Shown: piece after piece, positions 56,532 through 64,000 of the stretch
How the letters are laid out: every line of letters begins with the position of its first letter
How positions within the stretch are numbered: position 1 is the first letter of the stretch
Assembly (NCBI GenBank): GCA_963928595.1
Contig: CAWVFK010000043.1
Coordinates: 1,995 to 65,994, forward strand
Origin: Candidatus Coprosoma sp.
Lineage (GTDB): Bacteria; Bacillota_I; Bacilli_A; RF39; UBA660
Direction of reading: 5' to 3'
DNA: 64,000 nucleotides
Program-made: the position numbers and the translations under genes
The notes under the pieces: generated by a model
The model's input: only the letters and a program-made list of their open reading frames with translations
Told to the model about the DNA's origin: nothing
Database searches by the model: none

Positions 56532-58724
56532 ATGTGGGATGTATTAACTGATTTGGTAAGATCTTTAATGTTTTTCTTTGATAATATCATATATGGATTA
56601 ATTCCAACTATTTATAAATTGTTTGTTTATCTATCTGAGGTCGATCTTTTTACTGGTAATACTCAAATTAATAATTTAGTAAATCATATATACGCATTGT
56701 TAGGCATATTTATGCTTTTTAAAGTTAGTTTTTCACTTTTACAATATATTGTTGACCCAAATTCATTTAGAGATAGTTCAAAAGGTATGGGAAAATTAAT
56801 TACTAATGTTTTAATATCATTAGTTTTACTTGTTAGTGTTCCTTCAATATTTAGTCTACTTATGGAGTTTCAGACTACTATTGTTCAAAGTAATGCAATT
56901 GGGAGATTGATTTTAGGAACTAATACCACTGGAAACGGCAGTGAGGCTGTAGATGGTGATTATATATCGGTAGAAGGGGTCAATACTATGGCTAAAGATT
57001 TACAATTTATGATTTATGGTGCTTTTTATTCTATTGATTCCAAGTTTATTGATCCAAATTCATTTGAATATGCTAATGAAAATATGAAAATATTAAGTAA
57101 TTGTGAAGGAACAACGGGTATTTTAGGCTCAACAGATATGGCTATAGCTAATAATGGACAATGTTTAGATCAATTGGCTAAAGAAATGGAAAAACAGGAT
57201 GATGTATCTGCAAATGGCGTTAATTTATATAGTTTTTATAAATATGTAAATGAACAAGGGGAAGTAGTGGATGAACGCGATTTTAATGATTTTGGTAGAT
57301 TGTTGACATGGAAACAAGATGGTGTGTATGTTATTAATTATTTACCATTAATTTCGGCTGCTGCTGGTATTTATATTGTGTTCTTATTAATTAGTTTCTC
57401 TGTTGATGTTGCTGTACGTGCTATAAAATTATGCTTTTTACAAATGGTTGCACCTATTGCAATTGTTTCATATGTTGATCCTAAAGAATCTGTAAGCAAT
57501 GGTAAATTACATAATTGGGTTGTAGAATGTTCAAAAACGTATTTTTCTTTATTTTTAAGACTGGCGACTATTTTTTTAGTGATGTTTGTAATTTCTGCAG
57601 TTGCATCTACTGTAATTTCGAGTGGTAGTAATATTGAAGGATTGTTACAAGAAGATCCTGGATATAATATTTGGATATATTTATTCTTAGTATTAGGTGC
57701 ATTTATGTTTGCAAAGCAAGTACCAAATATAATAGAGTCTATTTTTGGAATTAAGGGGTCTGGAGATCTTAATTTAAATCCATTTAAAAATGCTGGTCTT
57801 GCAACTTTAACTGGTGGTGTTGTTGGCGCTGGTATTGGTGGAGTGGCAAGTTCTATTGCTTCTGCAAAAACAGCTTCAATTATGGGTGATAATGCATTTA
57901 AAGCTGGTCTAGGTGGTTTTGCAAAAGGAACGGTAAGTGGTGCATTTAAAGGTAGAAACTGGGATGGTAAAAATGTATCTTCATTAATTTCTACACCGCT
58001 CAGTGTTTCTGGTGATATAGCTAGATATCAAGCTGCTAAGCATGGTACGAGATTAGTTGATCGTGCTGGAGCAATGATAAATGAAGCAATAGGAGCACCG
58101 CAAAAAGCTGATATAATGAAAAAACGAATAGAAAATGCTGGTAGATTTACTAAATTTTATGATGCTGTTGATGGTGGTATGGCTGCTAAAATGGTTAAAC
58201 TAAAGGATATTAGTCAGTTTACTAGTAGTGATCAGGCTAAGAATAAAGCTAATTTTGATAAAATTAATAATTATAATTATCTGAAAGCACAATTAGATGC
58301 GGCAATACAACGTGGTGATGCTGCGACTGCTGCTAGTATTCAAAATGGTTCATATTCAGATTCTGTGATTACTTCAAAAGCCAAATTTAGTGATTATGAA
58401 GATGATGCAAAACAAACTATGTATGATATGATCATTAATAATGAAGTTGCTGATGATGCTGAAATTCAGTCTATTAGGTCTAATATTGATGCTATGAAGA
58501 GAGTGGGTAAAGAAAATGCATCTACTCCTGAGTTTGCATCTGTTGATGATAGTATTTATGTTAATGATGCATCAGGCAATGCTATGTCCAAGATGAAGAA
58601 GGCGTCTAAAGCTGTTAATACTGCTAAGACTATAACTGAAAACAGTGATGAATATGAAAATGCTCAAGCTGCTGCTGACGCAATTAAATCTAATCGTATG
58701 TTTGAACATTTTACAAAAAAATAA
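56532..58724 (+). CDS. VirB6/TrbL-like polytopic T4SS channel protein with long C-terminal hydrophilic domain
   Basis: 730 aa with at least 7 TM segments, one large extracytoplasmic loop, a Gly-rich TM (GLATLTGGVVGAGIGGVASSIASA) and a ~260-aa soluble tail. The position between pilin-like and VirB3/VirB4-like genes fits this call. Confidence 0.6.
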   Translation: MWDVLTDLVRSLMFFFDNIIYGLIPTIYKLFVYLSEVDLFTGNTQINNLVNHIYALLGIFMLFKVSFSLLQYIVDPNSFRDSSKGMGKLITNVLISLVLLVSVPSIFSLLMEFQTTIVQSNAIGRLILGTNTTGNGSEAVDGDYISVEGVNTMAKDLQFMIYGAFYSIDSKFIDPNSFEYANENMKILSNCEGTTGILGSTDMAIANNGQCLDQLAKEMEKQDDVSANGVNLYSFYKYVNEQGEVVDERDFNDFGRLLTWKQDGVYVINYLPLISAAAGIYIVFLLISFSVDVAVRAIKLCFLQMVAPIAIVSYVDPKESVSNGKLHNWVVECSKTYFSLFLRLATIFLVMFVISAVASTVISSGSNIEGLLQEDPGYNIWIYLFLVLGAFMFAKQVPNIIESIFGIKGSGDLNLNPFKNAGLATLTGGVVGAGIGGVASSIASAKTASIMGDNAFKAGLGGFAKGTVSGAFKGRNWDGKNVSSLISTPLSVSGDIARYQAAKHGTRLVDRAGAMINEAIGAPQKADIMKKRIENAGRFTKFYDAVDGGMAAKMVKLKDISQFTSSDQAKNKANFDKINNYNYLKAQLDAAIQRGDAATAASIQNGSYSDSVITSKAKFSDYEDDAKQTMYDMIINNEVADDAEIQSIRSNIDAMKRVGKENASTPEFASVDDSIYVNDASGNAMSKMKKASKAVNTAKTITENSDEYENAQAAADAIKSNRMFEHFTKK

Positions 58725-58738
58725 AAAGGGGTGATTAA

Positions 58739-59065
58739 ATGCAATTCTTAATTCCGGCGAATACTAAAAAATCAATGTTAATATTTGGAGCATTTACAAC
58801 ATTTGATTTAATTTTGTTTGGTGTAGGTATTGGGGCTACAATAATAATGTTATTGATAATAGCTCCTAATTCCTTGTTGACAGCAGTTATTGATTTATTG
58901 CCGGCTTTAATATGTGGTTTCTTGGTGCTTCCAATACCAAATTACCATAACATTAGAGTTGTAATTCAGGAGTTATACAGATTTTATACTACCAGACAAA
59001 GGTTTATATGGAAAGGATGGTGTGTGAAGGATGAATACGGAGACTCGCGGCAAATACACAAATGA
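58739..59065 (+). CDS. VirB3/PrgI-like small T4SS membrane protein
   Basis: 108 aa with two TM helices after a short basic N-terminus (NTKKSMLIFGAFTTFDLILFGVGIG...). It lies immediately upstream of VirB4, as expected for VirB3 analogues. Confidence 0.55.
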   Translation: MQFLIPANTKKSMLIFGAFTTFDLILFGVGIGATIIMLLIIAPNSLLTAVIDLLPALICGFLVLPIPNYHNIRVVIQELYRFYTTRQRFIWKGWCVKDEYGDSRQIHK

Positions 59066-59579
59066 TTTTGTACCAATAAAATCAATTACTAATGGAGTTA
59101 TTATTTGTAATAATAACGAAAAGGTTACAGGAGTAAAGATTTCTCCTAGAAATATCTTTATCTTGGAACCTGATATGCAAAATATGATTATAACAAATTT
59201 AAAAAATGTTTATAATCTTATTGATTATGAATTTTGGATTATTGTTGCTGATAGGCCAGTGGATATTACGGCTTATTTATCTAGATTACAATTACTTTAT
59301 AATTCACAGACTAATCCTATTAAAAGAAAATTAATATTAGAAGACATTAATAAAGCAAATATGTTTACAACTACTATGAATGTTGTTGATACTGAGTATT
59401 ATTTACTTTTTAAAGAAAAAGATATGGATAAAATTCAAAAGAAGATTAGAAGTTTAATTCAGGCTTTTGCGAATGCGGGACTTAGTGTTACGCAAACTTC
59501 TAATGATGATTTAAGAATTATTTTAGATAATTTCTTAAATGGTGGAATGACTACGACGTTTGGGACGGTGATGAGTTAG
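59031..59579 (+). CDS. VirB4-family ATPase, N-terminal domain encoded as a separate ORF
   Basis: 182 aa. DFVPIKSITNGVIICNNNEKVTGVKISPRNIF.LEPDMQ...I.NL matches the N-terminal region of Firmicutes VirB4-like conjugal ATPases. It overlaps the VirB3-like ORF by 35 nt and ends 1 nt before the next ATG. Confidence 0.6.
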   Translation: MNTETRGKYTNDFVPIKSITNGVIICNNNEKVTGVKISPRNIFILEPDMQNMIITNLKNVYNLIDYEFWIIVADRPVDITAYLSRLQLLYNSQTNPIKRKLILEDINKANMFTTTMNVVDTEYYLLFKEKDMDKIQKKIRSLIQAFANAGLSVTQTSNDDLRIILDNFLNGGMTTTFGTVMS

Positions 59580-59580
59580 T

Positions 59581-61365
59581 ATGGATATTAAGACACAAAT
59601 TGCTCCTAAAGGATTAGAGTTTAAACCTAGTAGTTTTGTAGTAAGCGATAAATATTGTTCTATTTTAACGGCAATATCTTATCCAAAGATGATTACACCA
59701 GGTTTTTTAGCTAATTTGACAAGTATGCCTGGTATCAAAATGGCTATTAAACATATTCCACTTCCTTTTAGTGTTATTCAGAAAATGGTAAATAAAGAAA
59801 TCGCTGATTTGAAAACTCGTTATCAAGAAGAAAATGATTTAACTATGCAAGAAAAACTTCGTCAAGATTATGAATCTTTAGAGGAATTTATTAAACAATT
59901 GGCAGCTAGTCAAGCAAAAATATATGATTTTCAATTGCATTTGATGGTAACAGCTGATTCGGCTGATGAACTTACAGCAAAAAAATTACAATTAAAAAGC
60001 TTTTTAGAAGCTATGGATATGAGAGCTATACCTTTAAGATTCGAACAAGAAAAAGTACTTAAAAGTATGCTTCCAATATTTCCTAAACAGGATATTGAAG
60101 AAAGAATTGGAACACCAATTCCATCTCCAACGCTTGCCGCAATGTATCCTTATGTTTTTGATAGTATTAAAGATCCAGGATTATCAACTTTGCTTGGTGT
60201 TGATTTCTCTGGTGGTGTTGTATTATTTAATCAATTTTTATATCAAATTCAAAAAGAACATAACAGAAATAACGCTAATATGATCATTTTAGGTACTTCT
60301 GGTAGTGGTAAGTCAACAGCTGCTAAATTACTTTTAAGAAGTCATATTAGAAATAATTATAAAATGGTCTTAATCGATCCAGAAGGTGAACTTGAAGAGA
60401 TGACAAGACTTTATGGTGGTGATTTCATCGATTTAGGTAAAGGTGGAGAATTTGGTATGATTAATCCACTTGAAATAATTATGGATGCTGATGACGAAGA
60501 GATTAAACAAGGTATGGGATATGCAGTACTTACTAGATCATTACAAACCGTAAAAGCTTTTATGAAATATTATGATCCGTCAATTACTGAAGATGTAATT
60601 AATATTTTTAGTGAAATGGTTCAAGAAACTTATAAGCGTTTTGGTATTGATTTTAATACTGATTTTACAAAGTTTACTTCTAGAGATTATCCAACTTTTA
60701 GAGATGTTTATGCAACAGTTAAAGGAAAAATTACAGCGATGCCTGAACAAAATAAAGAAAGAGATATATTGGAGCAATTAGAATTAAAACTTCGTCCATT
60801 AATTAGAGAACTTAGATTTTATTTTGATGGTACAACGACAATTTCTCCAAAAAGTAATTTTATAGTATTTAATATTAGAGAGTTAATGAATACAGATACA
60901 AATATTAGAAATGCATTATTCTTTAATGTTTTGAAATATGCTTGGAGTTTGACTTTGGATCCTAATATTAATACTATATTGACAGTAGATGAGGCGCATG
61001 TACTTTTATCTGGTAATAATACTTTAGGGGCTGATTTCTTGGCACAAGTTCAAAGACGTGCTCGTAAATATAATACCGGTACGATTATAATTACTCAACA
61101 GCCTACAGATTTTAGTGATCCTAGTGTTATTACTCAAGGAAAAGCTATATTTGATAATGCTTCTTATTATTTGATAATGGGACTTAGAAAACAAGCTGTT
61201 GAAGATTTGGCTAAGTTAATAGATTTAAATGATAATGAAAAAGAGAGTATAAAAGGGTACAATCAAGGTGAAGCTTTGTTTGTATGTGGTAGTAAACGAA
61301 TGAGAATTAATATTATGGTTACTCAACAAGAATTGGATTCATTTGGTTCTGGTGGAGGACTGTAA
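59581..61365 (+). CDS. virB4: VirB4-family conjugal transfer ATPase, core and C-terminal part
   Basis: 594 aa with IAPKGLEF...YPKMITPGFLANL, Walker A GTSGSGKST, Walker B ILTVDEAHVLL and IIITQQPTDF. Confidence 0.85.
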   Translation: MDIKTQIAPKGLEFKPSSFVVSDKYCSILTAISYPKMITPGFLANLTSMPGIKMAIKHIPLPFSVIQKMVNKEIADLKTRYQEENDLTMQEKLRQDYESLEEFIKQLAASQAKIYDFQLHLMVTADSADELTAKKLQLKSFLEAMDMRAIPLRFEQEKVLKSMLPIFPKQDIEERIGTPIPSPTLAAMYPYVFDSIKDPGLSTLLGVDFSGGVVLFNQFLYQIQKEHNRNNANMIILGTSGSGKSTAAKLLLRSHIRNNYKMVLIDPEGELEEMTRLYGGDFIDLGKGGEFGMINPLEIIMDADDEEIKQGMGYAVLTRSLQTVKAFMKYYDPSITEDVINIFSEMVQETYKRFGIDFNTDFTKFTSRDYPTFRDVYATVKGKITAMPEQNKERDILEQLELKLRPLIRELRFYFDGTTTISPKSNFIVFNIRELMNTDTNIRNALFFNVLKYAWSLTLDPNINTILTVDEAHVLLSGNNTLGADFLAQVQRRARKYNTGTIIITQQPTDFSDPSVITQGKAIFDNASYYLIMGLRKQAVEDLAKLIDLNDNEKESIKGYNQGEALFVCGSKRMRINIMVTQQELDSFGSGGGL

Positions 61366-61388
61366 TAAAATGAAGTGGAGGTGGTATT

Positions 61389-62096
61389 ATGGCTTTACCT
61401 GCAGTGTTACTTAAAGCGAAGAATGCAATTTCAAAAGGTACTCAAGCTGCAAAAACAGCAAAAGCGGTAAAGTCTGCCACCTCTAATTCAAATGAAGAAG
61501 AAGTAAAATCTTTTCTTGGAGTATTTAAAATACCAATACTTTTGTCAGCTCCTATTATAATATTTATTTTAATTGTTTTTATTATGGTTATAGCTATTCC
61601 TCAAATACTTTATGGTGCTGAATATGGATATGGTGATAGTAATGGTAATAGTAGTGGCAGTATTTATACCGGAGATATTGCATATTTGCAATGGGCTATA
61701 GATATTGCAAATGATGATACACATGGTTATAGCCAATGTGCTAGAACTGGTCCAGATTATGATTGTTCTAGTTTAGTATATTATTCTTTATTAAATACTG
61801 GATATACGCAAGAACAATTAGGTAGTTATCCTTTTAGTACTAGTACTGAACCTAGAATTTTATCTAGTGTCGGTTTTGAAAGACATATGTATGCTGAAAG
61901 TGAATTACAAGCTGGTGATATATTATGGAGAGATGGCCATACAGGAATATATGCTGGCGATGGACAAGTTGTTCAAGCTTCTAGTAGCCGAGAAGGAAAT
62001 GGTCTTTGTGGTAGGACTGGCGATCAAACCGGTACCGAAGTATGGGTAAGTCAGAATACTGGTAATTGGACTTATTATTATCGAAAAGAAGGATGA
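61389..62096 (+). CDS. Membrane-anchored NlpC/P60-type peptidoglycan hydrolase (VirB1 functional analogue)
   Basis: 235 aa with an N-terminal TM segment. The catalytic Cys lies in YDCSSLVYYSL and the His in GHTGIYAGDGQVVQAS. Confidence 0.75.
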   Translation: MALPAVLLKAKNAISKGTQAAKTAKAVKSATSNSNEEEVKSFLGVFKIPILLSAPIIIFILIVFIMVIAIPQILYGAEYGYGDSNGNSSGSIYTGDIAYLQWAIDIANDDTHGYSQCARTGPDYDCSSLVYYSLLNTGYTQEQLGSYPFSTSTEPRILSSVGFERHMYAESELQAGDILWRDGHTGIYAGDGQVVQASSSREGNGLCGRTGDQTGTEVWVSQNTGNWTYYYRKEG

Positions 62097-62101
62097 TATT
62101 T

Positions 62102-62374
62102 ATGAAAAAAAAATTTATTTTATTCATCTTGTGTTTCTTTTTAGTTACTGGTTGTGATGTTAAATATGATTTAACTATTGATAATGATACTTTTGATGAA
62201 ACAGTAACGATGTCTTTTTTAAAGAGTCAAACTACTTATGACGATGTTTCTATATATTTGGAAAATAAAACACCGATTTCGTATAATTCTTCAGGAATTT
62301 ATTATGATTCAAAAATAGAAGAAAGTGATAATTATTACGATTTGATTTATAATTATAAACATGATTTTAATTAA
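62102..62374 (+). CDS. Lipoprotein, N-terminal part (ends at an in-frame TAA)
   Basis: MKKKFILFILCFFLVTGC has a lipobox (LVTGC). The ORF stops at TAA 62372-62374, and the same frame reopens immediately. Confidence 0.55.
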   Translation: MKKKFILFILCFFLVTGCDVKYDLTIDNDTFDETVTMSFLKSQTTYDDVSIYLENKTPISYNSSGIYYDSKIEESDNYYDLIYNYKHDFN

Positions 62375-62392
62375 TTTAGACAAAGTTATTTT

Positions 62393-62776
62393 GTGACAAA
62401 TTGTTATCCTAATTTTAGTATTCAAAGTAATGATAAACAAATTATTTTGTCTAGTGGTAGTCAATTTATGTGTTTTGCTGGTGATGATGGTCTTAGAGCA
62501 GATAGTGTAGAGATAAATATTACAACTAAGTTAAAAGTTTTAGATAATAATGCTGATGAGGTTAATGGTAACACTTATACTTGGAGTATAGATAATAGTA
62601 ATTATGAAAATAAACCGATTGAGATGACACTTGAAAAAGCTTTTCAAATAGAAGATGTAGTTCCTAAAAGCGAAGCATCATATTTGACATTTATTGTTGT
62701 AGTATCTGTTGTATTAGTGGCATTGGTTATAGTTGTTTTTGTTAAATTTAAAGCAAAAAAAAATAATAATATTTGA
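62393..62776 (+). CDS. Hypothetical protein with C-terminal TM anchor; same frame as the preceding lipoprotein ORF
   Basis: 127 aa from a GTG start with no obvious RBS. It ends with the TM segment LTFIVVVSVVLVALVIVVFV followed by KFKAKKNNNI. It may be the continuation of 62102-62374. Confidence 0.4.
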   Translation: MTNCYPNFSIQSNDKQIILSSGSQFMCFAGDDGLRADSVEINITTKLKVLDNNADEVNGNTYTWSIDNSNYENKPIEMTLEKAFQIEDVVPKSEASYLTFIVVVSVVLVALVIVVFVKFKAKKNNNI

Positions 62777-62791
62777 TTTGGTGGTGGTTAG

Positions 62792-64000
62792 ATGAAAAAG
62801 ATTTTTAATTTTGTTAAGAAAAGAATAAAAGAAATTTCTTTTTTGTCTATAATTTTATTGGTTATATTTGTAAATATGAGTAGTGTATTTGCAGATTATC
62901 TTGATGAAGAAACAGTTGGTAATAGGAAAGAGAGACAACTTTTTGAAAAAATAGAACTTATCCACAGTATTTTTCCTAAGCAAACCGATGAGACGGCACT
63001 TTATGCCACTTTAGTACATAGAGGTACTTTAACTGATTATATTGAAGAGAGTTATGATCCTGATTTTGATTCTGATGAATATAAAGATACTTGGAGTCAA
63101 CTTTCTACAGATATTAATAATTTAGTAAATAATGTTGGTCAGTCTATAACAACGCTTGCTGATACGTTTGTTTCAGGAGTAGAATGTTTAATTTCTGGTG
63201 GAACTGATGAAGATGGTGAACAATATGATACGAATTGTGTTTTAGAAAAAGTTATTGAAAAATATGCTGATAGATTAAGTGATACTGGAGATAGTACTTT
63301 AGAAAATAATATAAAAAAACCACAAGCAGTTGATTTGTTAGTAGCTGCTACTATTGTAATGCTCGATTCAAGTGGATGGACTGGGACTTATAGTGATGAG
63401 AATTATAAACAGGCTTTGGCAGGTGATGGACTTGTCGGCAATATGTTTGATAAAAACGATCCATTACAAAACTTCGCAGCTGTGGCAATGAATGGAATTT
63501 TTTGTACAGTTGGTACAGTGGCAGATATGTCGTTATCATGGTTTAATCCTGGATTTTCAATAAATGAAAATGGTTTTGGGGTTGAAAAAAATGCTATGGC
63601 GGGAAAACTTAGTCGTTATTATACAATGGCTAATATTTGTCAGAACGGCTTTATTGGAGGAACTTATGATCATGTAAAAAATCCTGATTTAAGTACAGAA
63701 GAGGGAAAAGAACAATATCAAGGTAAGAAAGATATTGTGGCTGAACAGATAGTTGGATTAGCGGAACGTTTTAGGCAAATGTCTGCTTCTGAAGGTGATT
63801 TGTGTGAATATGGTGGAAATACTCAGGCTTCTATTTTTATGAATATGACAACTGAAGAATATATTAATACGATGGGTCCTATTGCACAAGCAGATTATAG
63901 TAGAACTGGAATATTTGCTTCTGTTACTTTGGCTCAATCAATTATTGAAAGTGGTTGGGGTAAATCTGGTCTTACTCAAAAAGCTAATAATATGTTTGGT
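62792..64000 (+). CDS. Large secreted cell-wall hydrolase with glucosaminidase (FlgJ/LytD-type) domain, 3'-truncated by the window
   Basis: ATG at 62792, frame open to the window end (403 codons; absent from the ORF track because there is no stop). Signal peptide ...MSSVFA/DY. The glucosaminidase motif FASVTLAQSIIESGWGKSGLTQKANNMFG starts near 63915. Confidence 0.7.
   Translation, partial: MKKIFNFVKKRIKEISFLSIILLVIFVNMSSVFADYLDEETVGNRKERQLFEKIELIHSIFPKQTDETALYATLVHRGTLTDYIEESYDPDFDSDEYKDTWSQLSTDINNLVNNVGQSITTLADTFVSGVECLISGGTDEDGEQYDTNCVLEKVIEKYADRLSDTGDSTLENNIKKPQAVDLLVAATIVMLDSSGWTGTYSDENYKQALAGDGLVGNMFDKNDPLQNFAAVAMNGIFCTVGTVADMSLSWFNPGFSINENGFGVEKNAMAGKLSRYYTMANICQNGFIGGTYDHVKNPDLSTEEGKEQYQGKKDIVAEQIVGLAERFRQMSASEGDLCEYGGNTQASIFMNMTTEEYINTMGPIAQADYSRTGIFASVTLAQSIIESGWGKSGLTQKANNMFG

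Overview
AT-rich, Firmicutes-type chromosomal segment using the standard bacterial code (TGA is a stop, e.g. rimI at 418-420 and scpB at 40237-40239). No transposase, integrase, CRISPR array or rRNA was seen. Positions 1-42.4 kb are mostly housekeeping genes: rimI-tsaD, an NMT1-type ABC importer, pcrA, ligA, a CIRCE-controlled hrcA-grpE-dnaK-pepF-dnaJ operon, pflB-pflA, an alcohol dehydrogenase/FIST/aldehyde dehydrogenase operon, frr, a short alaS-like gene, gpsB, type-B RNase P RNA, pgsA, recA with a LexA box, scpA-scpB and tRNA-Leu(CAA). Oddities here include an operon of five diverged tandem paralogs of unknown function (4847-7220) and an AlaRS that lacks the C-Ala domain. From about 42.5 kb to the window end lies a long same-strand block with two back-to-back modules, which is the main candidate for a novel system. 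The first module (44165-54531) is a Tad/Flp-like pilus operon: CpaB-like, TadA/CpaF-like ATPase, two T2SF-like platform proteins, an atypical Cys-rich pilin with its own promoter and terminator, three further pilin-like proteins, a TadZ-like protein and a 937-aa Cys-rich secreted protein. The second module (54625 to beyond 64000) is a Gram-positive-type type IV secretion/conjugation set: three VirB2-like hairpin modules, VirB6-like, VirB3-like, a VirB4 split into two ORFs, and NlpC/P60 and glucosaminidase wall hydrolases. No relaxase, coupling protein, integrase or prepilin peptidase is visible, and the window ends inside the second module. All functional calls rest on motifs read from the translations, and no database search was possible.
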